64,000 bases of DNA from Eledone cirrhosa. Taxonomy: Eukaryota. Of the stretch, positions 40,601 through 53,713 are shown piece by piece. Position numbers and translations under genes: made by a program. The stretch is from the NCBI GenBank assembly GCA_964016885.1, contig OZ024754.1:31868001-31932000 (forward strand), read 5' to 3'. How positions within the stretch are numbered: the first letter of the stretch is position 1; the number at the start of each line of letters is the position of its first letter. The notes beneath the pieces were generated by a model. It did not search any database, was not told the DNA's origin, and saw only the letters and a program-made list of their open reading frames with translations.

Positions 40601-43600
40601 GTTAACACAGTCACTTCTACAGAATGTAGTATTAATGGCATCACTATCTGTAAATATAGAATATTCGTTAACACAGTCACTTCTACAGAATGTAATATTA
40701 ATGGCATCTCTCTCAGTAAATATAAAATATTCGTTAACACAGTCACTTCTACAGAATGTAGTATTAATGGCATCACTATCTGTAAATATAGAATATTCGT
40801 TAACACAGTCACTTCTACAGAATGTAGTATTAATGGCATCTCTATCTGTAAATATAAAATATTCGTTAACACAGTCTCTTCTACAGAATGTAGTATTAAT
40901 GGCATCACTATCTGTAAATATAGAATATTCGTTAACACAGTCACTTCTACAGAATGTAGTATTAATGGCATCTCTCTCAGTAAATATAGAATATTCGTTA
41001 ACACAGTCACTTCTACAGAATGTAGTATTAATGGCATCACTATCTGTAAATATAGAATATTCGTTAACACAGTCTCTTCTACAGAATGTACTATTAATGG
41101 CATCTCTCTCAGTAAATATAGAATATTCGTTAACACAGTCACTTCTACAGAATGTAGTATTAATGGCATCTCTATCTGTAAATATAGAATATTCGTTAAC
41201 ACAGTCTCTTCTACAGAATGTAGTATTATTGGCATCTCTCTCAGTAAATATAGAATATTCGTTAACACAGTCACTTCTACAGAATGTAGTATTAATGGCA
41301 TCACTATCTGTAAATATAGAATATTCGTTAACACAGTCACTTCTACAGAATGTACTATTAATGGCATCTCTCTTAGTAAATATAAAATATTCGTTAACAC
41401 AGTCACTTCTACAGAATGTAGTATTAATGGCATCACTATCTGTAAATATAGAATATTCGTTAACACAGTCACTTCTACAGAATGTAGTATTAATGGCATC
41501 TCTATCTGTAAATATAAAATATTCGTTAACACAGTCTCTTCTACAGAATGTAGTATTAATGGCATCACTATCTGTAAATATAGAATATTCGTTAACACAG
41601 TCACTTCTACAGAATGTAGTATTAATGGCATCTCTCTCAGTAAATATAGAATATTCGTTAACACAGTCACTTCTACAGAATGTAGTATTAATGGCATCAC
41701 TATCTGTAAATATAGAATATTCGTTAACACAGTCTCTTCTACAGAATGTACTATTAATGGCATCTCTCTCAGTAAATATAGAATATTCGTTAACACAGTC
41801 ACTTCTACAGAATGTAGTATTAATGGCATCTCTATCTGTAAATATAGAATATTCGTTAACACAGTCTCTTCTACAGAATGTAGTATTATTGGCATCTCTC
41901 TCAGTAAATATAGAATATTCGTTAACACAGTCACTTCTACAGAATGTAGTATTAATGGCATCACTATCTGTAAATATAGAATATTCGTTAACAGTCTCTT
42001 CTACAGAATGTACTATTAATGGCATCTCTCTCAGTAAATATAGAATATTCGTTAACACAGTCACTTCTACAGAATGTAGTATTAATGGCATCTCTATCTG
42101 TAAATATAGAATATTCGTTAACACAGTCTCTTCTACAGAATGTAGTATTATTGGCCTCTCTCTCAGTAAATATAGAATATTCGTTAACACAGTCACTTCT
42201 ACAGAATGTACTATTAATGGCATCTCTCTCAGTAAATATAGAATATTCGTTAACACAGTCACTTCTACAGAATGTAGTATTAATGGCATCACTATCTGTA
42301 AATATAGAATATTCGTTAACACAGTCACTTCTACAGAATGTAGTATTAATGGCATCACTATCTGTAAATATAGAATATTCGTTAACACAGTCACTTCTAC
42401 AGAATGTACTATTAATGGCATCTCTCTCAGTAAATATAAAATATTCGTTAACACAGTCACTTCTACAGAATGTAGTATTAATGGCATCACTATCTGTAAA
42501 TATAGAATATTCGTTAACACAGTCACTTCTACAGAATGTAGTATTAATGGCATCTCTATCTGTAAATATAAAATATTCGTTAACACAGTCTCTTCTACAG
42601 AATGTAGTATTAATGGCATCACTATCTGTAAATATAGAATATTCGTTAACACAGTCACTTCTACAGAATGTAGTATTAATGGCATCTCTCTCAGTAAATA
42701 TAGAATATTCGTTAACACAGTCACTTCTACAGAATGTAGTATTAATGGCATCACTATCTGTAAATATAGAATATTCGTTAACACAGTCTCTTCTACAGAA
42801 TGTACTATTAATGGCATCTCTCTCAGTAAATATAGAATATTCGTTAACACAGTCACTTCTACAGAATGTAGTATTAATGGCATCTCTATCTGTAAATATA
42901 GAATATTCGTTAACACAGTCTCTTCTACAGATTGTAGTATTATTGGCATCTCTCTCAGTAAATATAGAATATTCGTTAACACAGTCACTTCTACAGAATG
43001 TAGTATTAATGGCATCACTATCTGTAAATATAGAATATTCGTTAACACAGTCTCTTCTATAGAATGTACTATTAATGGCATCTCTCTCAGTAAATATAGA
43101 ATATTCGTTAACACAGTCACTTCTACAGAATGTAGTATTAATGGCATCTCTATCTGTAAATATAGAATATTCGTTAACACAGTCTCTTCTACAGAATGTA
43201 GTATTATTGGCATCTCTCTCAGTAAATATAGAATATTCGTTAACACAGTCACTTCTACAGAATGTACTATTAATGGCATCTCTCTCAGTAAATATAGAAT
43301 ATTCGTTAACACAGTCACTTCTACAGAATGTAGTATTAATGGCATCACTATCTGTAAATATAGAATATTCGTTAACACAGTCACTTCTACAGAATGTAGT
43401 ATTAATGGCATCACTATCTGTAAATATAGAATATTCGTTAACACAGTCACTTCTACAGAATGTACTATTAATGGCATCTCTCTCAGTAAATATAAAATAT
43501 TCGTTAACACAGTCACTTCTACAGAATGTAGTATTAATGGCATCACTATCTGTAAATATAGAATATTCGTTAACACAGTCACTTCTACAGAATGTAGTAT

Positions 43601-45507
43601 TAATGGCATCACTATCTGTAAATATAGAATATTCGTTAACACAGTCACTTCTACAGAATGTACTATTAATGGCATCTCTCTCAGTAAATATAAAATATTC
43701 GTTAACACAGTCACTTCTACAGAATGTAGTATTAATGGCATCACTATCTGTAAATATAGAATATTCGTTAACACAGTCACTTCTACAGAATGTAGTATTA
43801 ATGGCATCTCTATCTGTAAATATAAAATATTCGTTAACACAGTCTCTTCTACAGAATGTAGTATTAATGGCATCACTATCTGTAAATATAGAATATTCGT
43901 TAACACAGTCACTTCTACAGAATGTAGTATTAATGGCATCTCTCTCAGTAAATATAGAATATTCGTTAACACAGTCACTTCTACAGAATGTAGTATTAAT
44001 GGCATCACTATCTGTAAATATAGAATATTCGTTAACACAGTCTCTTCTACAGAATGTACTATTAATGGCATCTCTCTCAGTAAATATAGAATATTCGTTA
44101 ACACAGTCACTTCTACAGAATGTAGTATTAATGGCATCTCTATCTGTAAATATAGAATATTCGTTAACACAGTCTCTTCTACAGATTGTAGTATTATTGG
44201 CATCTCTCTCAGTAAATATAGAATATTCGTTAACACAGTCACTTCTACAGAATGTAGTATTAATGGCATCACTATCTGTAAATATAGAATATTCGTTAAC
44301 ACAGTCTCTTCTATAGAATGTACTATTAATGGCATCTCTCTCAGTAAATATAGAATATTCGTTAACACAGTCACTTCTACAGAATGTAGTATTAATGGCA
44401 TCTCTATCTGTAAATATAGAATATTCGTTAACACAGTCTCTTCTACAGAATGTAGTATTATTGGCATCTCTCTCAGTAAATATAGAATATTCGTTAACAC
44501 AGTCACTTCTACAGAATGTACTATTAATGGCATCTCTCTCAGTAAATATAGAATATTCGTTAACACAGTCACTTCTACAGAATGTAGTATTAATGGCATC
44601 ACTATCTGTAAATATAGAATATTCGTTAACACAGTCACTTCTACAGAATGTAGTATTAATGGCATCACTATCTGTAAATATAGAATATTCGTTAACACAG
44701 TCACTTCTACAGAATGTACTATTAATGGCATCTCTCTCAGTAAATATAAAATATTCGTTAACACAGTCACTTCTACAGAATGTAGTATTAATGGCATCAC
44801 TATCTGTAAATATAGAATATTCGTTAACACAGTCACTTCTACAGAATGTAGTATTAATGGCATCTCTATCTGTAAATATAAAATATTCGTTAACACAGTC
44901 TCTTCTACAGAATGTAGTATTAATGGCATCACTATCTGTAAATATAGAATATTCGTTAACACAGTCACTTCTACAGAATGTAGTATTAATGGCATCTCTC
45001 TCAGTAAATATAGAATATTCGTTAACGCAGTCACTTCTACAGAATGTAGTATTAATGGCATCACTATCTGTAAATATAGAATATTCGTTAACACAGTCTC
45101 TTCTACAGAATGTACTATTAATGGCATCTCTCTCAGTAAATATAGAATATTCGTTAACACAGTCACTTCTACAGAATGTAGTATTAATGGCATCTCTATC
45201 TGTAAATATAGAATATTCGTTAACACAGTCTCTTCTACAGAATGTAGTATTATTGGCATCTCTCTCAGTAAATATAGAATATTCGTTAACACAGTCACTT
45301 CTACAGAATGTACTATTAATGGCATCTCTCTCAGTAAATATAGAATATTCGTTAACACAGTCACTTCTACAGAATGTAGTATTAATGATATCTCTCTCAG
45401 TAAATATAGAATATTCGTTAACACAGTCACTTCTGCAGAATGTACTATTAATGGCATCTCTCTCAGTAAATATAAAATATTCGTTAACACAGTCACTTCT
45501 ACAGAAT
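37590..45507. repeat. 66-bp tandem array, ~120 copies, derived from the SLC22 intron/exon junction
   Basis: Plus-strand unit tagtattaatggcatcactatctgtaaatatagaatattcgttaacacagtcacttctacagaatg. The first unit overlaps exon 37494-37611. Confidence 0.97.
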
Positions 45508-45509
45508 AT

Positions 45510-45860
45510 CTACTATACAGCCCTCTCTTTCAAACCCCCTTTCTATAGCAATTAATACCAAACTCTCCTCCTCTCTATATCTACTACACGGAACTCTCTT
45601 CCAACCTTCCTCTCTATATCAATTAACTCTAAACTCTCCCTCTCAATATATCTATCATACAGACCTCTCTCCAATCCCCCTCTCTATAACAATTAACGCC
45701 AAACTCTCTCTCTCTCTCTCTCTGTATATATACTACACGGAACTCTCTTCAAATTCCTCTCCCTATATCAATAAACATCAATCTCTCCCGCCGCTCTCTA
45801 TATCTAATATACAACACACTCTCCAAATCTTCCTCTCTATATCAATTACCACTAAACTCC
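45510..45860. repeat. Degenerate CT-rich ~70-80-bp tandem repeat
   Basis: Recurrent tatctactacac..ctctctt..ctctctata.caattaa..ccaaactctc, about 4-5 copies. Confidence 0.6.
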
Positions 45861-46994
45861 CCCCCCCCCCTCTGTATATCTATATGTATCTCTCCACTCT
45901 GTCTCTACATAACATGTACATAAATTGTAGCGCATATAAAATAGACGTGTGTTTTGGTAGTTTGAGGATAAAAATATAATTATTGGGGGTGGGGTGGAGA
46001 TGGAGGTGGATGCCCCCCCCCCCCTCCTGACCCAGTTCCACCGCCCCCTGGTATGTATATACAGTATATACAGGCACACACTGAAAATTGCTTTCTCTCT
46101 GTAAACATAAAATCTATGCAATGCAAAGGAAGGGAAATAACTGCGATGTCAATACAACTATCATCAGACACAGCAAGATAAAAGACGACTCTGAGCTTCA
46201 GAGAAAATTACCAGCGCATCTCCCTTACCACCATCCTCCAGAGAAAACGCTGTGGGGAGGCCAGCACGTGGGACCCCATTTGCTCACCATACGGAGAGAT
46301 GGGGAGGGCGAGAGAGATGGAGGCGATGACAGTGGGAGTTCGACTCTTCCACATTCAGACCATATCCTTGTGGTTGTGTTCATCAAGTCCCAGTGCAGTA
46401 ATGGGACTGAGTTCATCCTAGCTTACATTTCCCCCTCTTCACCAGTAGTGACACGGAAATATACAAGAAACTATATAGAGTTTGCATGAGGAATATTTGC
46501 TTGTGATGCTCATTTTTATATACTAACAGAGTATATCGCGGGATAACACTTGAGAGGGATATAACTGCTTTAATTCAATTGCTAACACCTCATTGTAATG
46601 GACTGGTGATCTATTGAGAATATCGATGTCAAAGAATAATTTTGTGATGTTTTTACTGAGTTTGGTTATTAAATTTATAGTTACGTCTGGGTGTTATTGG
46701 AATTTCTACAAATATACACTGTCTTCGGACCACAAACCTAATTTTTCTCCATCCTAAATGGAATTTGAGTGACCCTCACAAACGTGTGGTATGTGTATAC
46801 ATGTATATGTATATGCGTATATATGTACATCGACAAATGATGTAAGCAACGGTGAATAAACTTAAGCAAATTCCATTGGGATATAAGTTCTTGGTCAAGT
46901 TAGAGTGACTCCGTTTCCATTCTTGTCGTCAGAAATGCAATGAATCTTTGAAATCAACGATACTATCATCGTTGTTGTTTAAAATAGAATATAT

Positions 46995-47185
46995 AAATTG
47001 TTTCTACTTTTGGCACAAGGCCAGCAATTATCCCAGTGTATTACTGGTACTTTATTTTAACGACCCCGTAAGGATGAAAGCAAAGTTAACCTCGGCGGGA
47101 TTTGAACTCAGACCATAAAGAGCCGTAACTCTTTGCTGCAAAGCATGGCGTCCGACCCTCTACCGATACTGCCAATCCACCGCCC
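46995..47185 (-). mobile_element. tRNA-SINE copy
   Basis: Full-length reverse copy of the 5778 family. Confidence 0.87.
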
Positions 47186-47674
47186 TTTTTATAGAATATA
47201 TAAATGACATATGATTACTATATGTGTCCGATTTAGAAAAGGTGCAAAATGTTTGGGGCTAAAAGAAGCATTCTGTCGTCAAGTATTGCCACAAAAAGGA
47301 CGTTGTGGGGAGTGTGAAACCTGTCATGGGGTCGACATGGCTAATCCTTCATTTAGAAGGAAGAATGGCCATAAAACTTATATATACCTTTTATATACCT
47401 TTTGCCTTTCATCCGTTCGAGGTCGATAAAAAAAGTACCAGTCCAGTACTGGGGTCGATTCTTCCTCTATGGAAACCATCGGCTGTATTCAGACCTGGAG
47501 AGGGTTGGGCTCCACCAGGTTTAAAAGTGTCCTAGACCCACCGTTTGACAGTCCCTCTACGACTCCACAAGGAATTATGGGATCTTTATCCTTTTGATAT
47601 ATAACTTAAATGTTGCAAAGAGGAAGACTTGTCGTACACACAAACAAAAAATGGAAGGAACAGTTATCTTTTTA

Positions 47675-47861
47675 TCGGTGAATTGGCAGTATCGGTAGAG
47701 AGTCGGACGCCATGCTTTGCAGCATAGTTACGTCCCTTTACGATCTGAGTTCAAATCCCGCCGAGGTTAACTTTGCCTTTCATCCTTACGGGGTCGATAA
47801 AATAAAGTACCAGTAATGTACTGGGTAATTACTGGCTTTGTGCCAAAAGTAGAAACAATTA
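47675..47861 (+). mobile_element. tRNA-SINE copy
   Basis: Full-length copy, ~40 bp from an SLC22 donor site. Confidence 0.87.
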
Positions 47862-47898
47862 TCTTTTTATCATTGATATGTAAATAGAGGTATCTTAC

Positions 47899-47984
47899 CA
47901 CCAACTGATTTCAGTCCTGCGACTATCAGTAATGACAAGGCTGATATTCCAATGAGGATTGTTATAGCTTTCTTCCGGCCATAT
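47899..47984 (-). CDS. SLC22-like exon (GRK motif, TM9)
   Basis: ttgcag|YGRKKAITILIGISALSLLIVAGLKSVG|gtaaga; 86 bp, phase 2 to 1. Confidence 0.88.
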
Positions 47985-48045
47985 CTGCAATATCACAGGT
48001 AATAAAGTTACATAGAAGGAACATATAGAACATTTCTTTTTAGAT

Positions 48046-48520
48046 ATTCTAATTCACTGATCTGAAGATTGAGCGGGTGATTGACCTGAACATCGTGGTC
48101 AGTATTAAAAGTTGATGTGATCAACGGAACAACCTGCTCAGTTCTAATTCACTGATCTGAAGATTGAGCGGGTGATTGACCTGAACATCGTGGTCAGTAT
48201 TGAAAGTTGATGTGATCAACGGAACAACCTGCTCAGTTCTAATTCACTGATCTGAAGATTGAGCGGGTGATTGACCTGAACATCGTGGTCAGTATTAAAA
48301 GTTGATGTGATCAACGGAACAACCTGCTCAGTTCTAATTCACTGATCTGAAGATTGAGCGGGTGATTGACCTGAACATCGTGGTCAGTATTAAAAGTTGA
48401 TGTGATCAACGGAACAACCTGCTCAGTTCTAATTCACTGATCTGAAGATTGAGCGGGTGATTGACCTGAACATCGTGGTCAGTATTAAAAGTTGATGTGA
48501 TCAACGGAACAACCTGCTCA
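48046..48520. repeat. 95-bp tandem repeat, 5 copies
   Basis: Unit starts gttctaattcactgatctgaag at 48141, 48236, 48331 and 48426. It runs into a dispersed repeat also seen at 32528-32660. Confidence 0.93.
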
Positions 48521-48658
48521 GGAAATTAGCGTATGGGTGACTTAGCATTCCACACATGAACCCATAATGTAATTCTTGAAGATATTCATCGTGACACAGT
48601 ATGTGACAAGGCTGGTCATCTGAATTATAGATACATCCCATTTTGTATTATAGTGCAA

Positions 48659-49080
48659 ATGGCTGGGTATTCCACAGTCATGTGTATGGCTGAGTATTCC
48701 ACAGTCATGTGTATGGCTGAGTATTCCACAGATGGCTGAGTATTCCACAGCCATGTGTATGGCTGAGTATTCCACAGCCATGTGTATGGCTGAGTATTCC
48801 ACAAATGGCTGAGTATTCCACAAATGGCTGAGTATTCCACAGCCATGTGTATGGCTGAGTATTCCACAGTCATGTGTATGGCTGAGTATTCCACAAATGG
48901 CTGAGTATTCCACAGTCATGTGTATGGCTGAGTATTCCACAAATGGCTGAGTATTCCACAGCCATGTGTATGGCTGAGTATTCCACAAATGGCTGAGTAT
49001 TCCACAGCCATGTGTATGGCTGAGTATTCCACAAATGGCTGAGTATTCCACAGCCATGTGTATGGCTGAGTATTCCACAG
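48659..49080. repeat. Minisatellite of mixed 27-bp and 18-bp units
   Basis: atggctgagtattccaca with or without gccatgtgt. Confidence 0.92.
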
Positions 49081-49411
49081 TCGGGCGTATCTGGTGCCAA
49101 GCTGTATCGTTCTTTGGCTTTCCATTGGACAACATTGGTGGCGTGGAGAGGGGAGGCTGGTATGCTTGGGTGACTGCTGGTCTTTCACAAACAACCTTAC
49201 CCGAACTTGTGCTTCGGAAGAGGAACTTTCTAGGTACAAATCCCATAGTCATCCATGACTGTATGGGAGTCCTATCCCGCCGAGGTTAACTTTGCCTTTC
49301 ATCCTTTCGAGGTCGATAAAATAAAGTACCAGTAATACACTGGGATAATTGTTGGCCTTGTGCCAAAAGTAGAAACAATTATATTATATTATATTATATT
49401 ATATTATATTA

Positions 49412-50200
49412 TACTAGCAGCAGTACCCAGCGTTGCCTGGGTAGGTAAAATAACATCTGCTTTGATGAAAAGGTGTTGATCTTAGCGACTGCTTCTCGAT
49501 GACTCATCTATGGTCACACACAGGCCATGCGGGGGAGAGTGGTGATGACCTCTATCACTGAGACGAAGGGACATGTGGGGGGGGGGGAGTTTTGAATTTG
49601 AACGAAATCGGTTGAAAAATGTGGGAGCTAGAGCCGAAAAGGCAGAAATTTGAGAGAAAAGGTGGTATTTTCGAATATTTAAGCGGCTGCCACGCCGTTC
49701 CTGAACAAAAAATCCAAAATGTAAAGCCACTTTAAGGCGTGAAATAATCAGATCTAGCGTAGTGTAAAATTTGAACAAAGTAGGTTGATTAATGTGGGAG
49801 CTAGAGCCGAAAAAGTGGAAATTTGAGTCTAAAAGTGGTATTTTTGAATATTTAAGCGGCTGCCACGCCGTCCCTGAACAACAAATGCAAAATATAAAGC
49901 CATTACAGGATGTGCAATGATAAATTCTATTTTGCTTTAAAATTTGACGAAATCGGTGGCAGAGCCAAAAATCTTATTTTTCGATACCTAAAAAAAGGTG
50001 ACCCCCCCCCCTTCCCCCTGTCGATTTTTATCTGCAGAATGACTCCGGAATAAAAAAAACGATATGCTGATATATAGAAAAGACTCCCCGATGACTAATC
50101 TATGAACCTGTAAAGTTTCATGAAAATCGGTCGTAAGATGTAGGCCCCTATAGGTAATACACAGACACACACACACATACTTAATTTTATATACATACAT
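49412..50200 (+). mobile_element. Non-autonomous Helitron/Helentron-like element
   Basis: 5' TACTAGC..ACCCAGCGTTGCCTGGGT hairpin, internal ~180-bp duplication, and a 3' aagtttcatgaaaatcgg...acagacacac...ttttatata block typical of HINE-like elements. Confidence 0.5.
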
Positions 50201-50425
50201 ATATACGCGAAGGCGCGTGGCTGAGTGGTTAGAGAATTAGATTCGCAATCGCGAGGTTACTTCGATTCCTGGACCGGGCGATGCGTTATGTCCTTGAGCA
50301 AGACATTTTATTTCACGTTGCTCCTTCTACCTGGAGTTGCGACCGATAGATAGTATTAGCAATTGGAAAGACCAACGGAAACATTTTTTCCTCGGTCCGA
50401 TTTGACGAAAGTCGATCGACTGTCG

Positions 50426-50456
<31 letters not shown>

Positions 50457-50605
50457 TGTATGTTGGTGCTACTGGTAACATGTATCCCAGTACAACCTGT
50501 CCCATGGTCGGGTCGTTGGCGACTAAACTGGCAACCCCACCAAGGTTTCTTGGTGAGGAGGGTGACTTTGGACATCCTGCAGGACTAAAAACAAAACCTG
50601 TCAAA

Positions 50606-52340
50606 GGGCAAAGGAGCTCTTAATAGTCAATGGCCATCCAAAATCACCGGGAGAGATGACCCCCTAGCCTTTGTCAAGGCAGAATTCTAGGAGAAGGAAA
50701 ACTCTGATATAACACCTGCAACCCTGATGGTTTCCAATGATGTTGACTTGTTCTTCTTTTTGGTAAATATCATCTTGGTTAAGAGAGTGGGACTGGCTTT
50801 GTGCAGTGCCTTTGCTCACTATAAAAGCTTCACAGCACAGTCATTGCTTTATATCTGGAGATCTCTCTGCACTTGTCGTCACATGGTACCATGGGCCCAG
50901 CACTATGTGTCAATAATTGTCACAAGTGTAGTGTTTGTACCAGAGTTTTCAAGTCGCTGGCTGGACTAAAAAGTCACACTCATTCAGCGCATCGGTAGGG
51001 GTTCTCCTACATGGATATAAAGTAGTGGCCGTACTCGAAAACGAGTTGGCAGCCACCATGTATGTATGTATCATCATCATCATCATCACCGTTTTACGTC
51101 CGTTCTTCCATGCTAGCATGGGTTAGACGGGTTGTCCTGTTGTGGGCAGTGTCCAGTCGGCTGACCATGCCTTGCTCATACAGGAACTGATTTTGGCTTG
51201 ATTTCTACAGCTGGATGCCCTTCCTAACACCAACCTCATTTACAGTGAGTGCTGGGTGCTTTTTTCCGTGCGCCTACACGTCCACTTTACAGTGTGGGCT
51301 GGGTGCTTTTTTGCCGTGGCACCTCCACGACCACTTTGCAGTGGGGGGGGGGGGCATATTGTCTATATGCTTCAGCTTGTACCCATGGGAGGTCGGGTAC
51401 TCTGTATTACTGCGTGACGTCAGAGGTCACGGTCGTGTGTCATCGCGTTTGGAGTTGTAATTGGGTAAGGTCGGCTTTTATCACCTCATCCCAGGTCTTC
51501 TTGGGTCTCCCCACTCCGCAGTTTCCATTGACTTCTAGTGCTCTGCACCATTTTATGCAGCTGTCATCCTTCATACGCATCACATGTCCATACCAACGCA
51601 TCCGCCTCTCCTGCACATTTGATTCCTCTTATGCTCAGTCTCTCTTTCAATTCATTTATGCTTTGCCGTTCGCGTATATTACTATTACACATCCATCGGA
51701 GCATGCAGGCTTTGTTTCTTTCTAATCTACGTAAGTCTTCCACCTTCAGCGCCCAGGTCTCACTACCATGTAACATTGCTGTTCGGATAAATCTATGTAT
51801 GCATGTATGTATGTATGTATGTATGTATGTATGTATGTATGTATGTATGTATGTATGTATGTATGTATGTATGTATGTATGTATGGGCAAAAGAGCTCTT
51901 AAGAGTCAATGGCCATCCAAAATCACTGGGAGAGATGACCCCTTAGCCTTTGTCAAGGCAGAATTCTAGGAGAAGGAAAACTCTGATATAACACCTGCAA
52001 CCCTGATGGTATCCAATGATGTTGACTTGTTCTTTTTGGTAAATATCATCTTGGTTAAGAGAGTGGGACTGGCTTTGTGCAGTGCCTTTGCTCACTATAA
52101 AAGCTTCACGGCACAGGCATTGCTTTATATCTGGAGATCTCTCTGCACTTGTCGTCACATGGTACCAAGGGCCCAGCACAATGTGTCAATAATTGTCTCA
52201 AATGTAGTGTTTGTACCAGAGTTTTCAAGTCGCTGGCTGGACTAAAAAGTCACACTCGTACAGCGCATCGGTAGGGGTTCTTCTACATGGATATAAAGTA
52301 GTGGCCGTACTCGAAAACGAGTTGGCAGCCACCATGTATG
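50606..52340. mobile_element. ~450-bp direct repeats flanking an RTE-type LINE 3' fragment
   Basis: 50606-51065 matches 51885-52340. Between them a minus-strand fragment reads [10 protein letters not shown]...MLRWMC and ends in a (GAT)n tail at ~51070-51088. Confidence 0.8.
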
Positions 52341-52444
52341 TATGTATGCATGCATGCATGCATGCATGCGTGCATGTGTGTATGTGTGTGTGTATGTGTG
52401 TATGTGTGTGTGTAATTTATGTGTAAGAAAAAATAAATACGAAC

Positions 52445-52579
52445 AGCATGAATAATTTATAGAGGATCAAACTGGATGGAAGTTCCATGGATGCTGTGAG
52501 GAAGTAATTGAGATATCTGTCCCCAGATAAACTAGTGGATGTCAGGTAGAGGCCGAAATATGTTACACTGGTAATAAGC
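52445..52579 (-). CDS. SLC22-like exon (TM7-TM8)
   Basis: atttcag|(W)LITSVTYFGLYLTSTSLSGDRYLNYFLTASMELPSSLILYKLFM(L)|gttcgt; 135 bp, phase 2 to 2. The donor was chosen by phase. Confidence 0.85.
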
Positions 52580-52666
52580 CTGAAATATACAAACATGGAG
52601 AGATATTTCTACATCTTTCTCAAACATATTTTTGTTATATGTTTGAGAAAGATGTAGAATACACTA

Positions 52667-52932
52667 CAAAATATATGTTTTATTATAGATATTTCGAAAG
52701 TACTGTGCTGTTTTTTCAGTACGTCCTCGTCAGATAAAATACACGAATTGATGTATGACATACCTCAACTGTCATGAGAGTTCAATTCCAGTATTGGTAG
52801 TAAATACTGGAATTGAGCCATCAAGACCGTTGAGGTATGTCTTACATCAATTCATGTATTTTATCTGACGAGGACGTACTGAAAAAACAGCACAGTACTT
52901 TCGAAATATATATAAATAAAACATATATTTTG
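52667..52932. ncRNA. Inverted repeat carrying two divergent hammerhead motifs
   Basis: Plus: ttttat CTGACGA ggacgtactg..cagtactttc GAAA tatata TA aataaa (52859-52920). The mirror copy is on minus at 52677-52739. Confidence 0.7.
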
Positions 52933-52970
52933 ATTATGTGAATGTCTTCATTTATTATTATTCTGAATAA

Positions 52971-53040
<70 letters not shown>

Positions 53041-53082
53041 GATATTAAACAAATGGAGACTATATTTATAAAACCATATTTA

Positions 53083-53144
53083 TTTCATTATACATATTTC
53101 AGGGATACCATATTAAAAATATGGCATGCCTTCGTCAGATAAAA
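53083..53144 (-). ncRNA. Hammerhead ribozyme motif
   Basis: Minus: ttttat CTGACGA aggcatgccatat-tttta-atatggtatccct GAAA tatgta TA atgaaa. Confidence 0.65.
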
Positions 53145-53189
53145 TACAATATTTACTTGTTATAACCCAACAATTTTAAATAAAACTTT

Positions 53190-53238
<49 letters not shown>

Positions 53239-53440
53239 TTCTATGTTTGTGATTGTTTAGTGTCTCGCTCGCTTTACACGATTTACTTGTCCCAATAGCT
53301 TTATTTAGCTATTGCTCGCACCAACCGGAGGTATATGATTTTTAAAGCGATGAAATACCAATGAAGGTTGGAAGATCCCTGATGAAGGACTAACTTTATT
53401 CATATGTAACCCATTAGCAACCACGCAGCACGTTTATTCT

Positions 53441-53532
<92 letters not shown>

Positions 53533-53643
53533 AATAAACGTGCTGCGTGGTTGCTAATGGGTTACATATGAATAAAGTTAGTCCTCGATTAGAAGATTCG
53601 CTTCATAACAGCGTGATTTCCGGATCTCGGTGGCACCGTGAGT

Positions 53644-53713
<70 letters not shown>

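Noticed and set aside
37590-45507. CRISPR array
   Set aside because: Units are contiguous with no unique spacers, there are no cas genes, and the context is eukaryotic.
37599-45555. Giant repetitive ORFs (up to 1769 aa) in several frames as stand-alone genes
   Set aside because: The 66-bp unit lacks stops in most frames on both strands, so long ORFs are expected. Only the frame continuous with the SLC22 exon has independent support.
48058-48530. Retrozyme-like tandem hammerheads in the 95-bp repeat (CTGAAGA plus a stem)
   Set aside because: Internal units lack GAAA after the stem. The only GAAA is in the adjacent dispersed repeat, without a convincing stem I or III.
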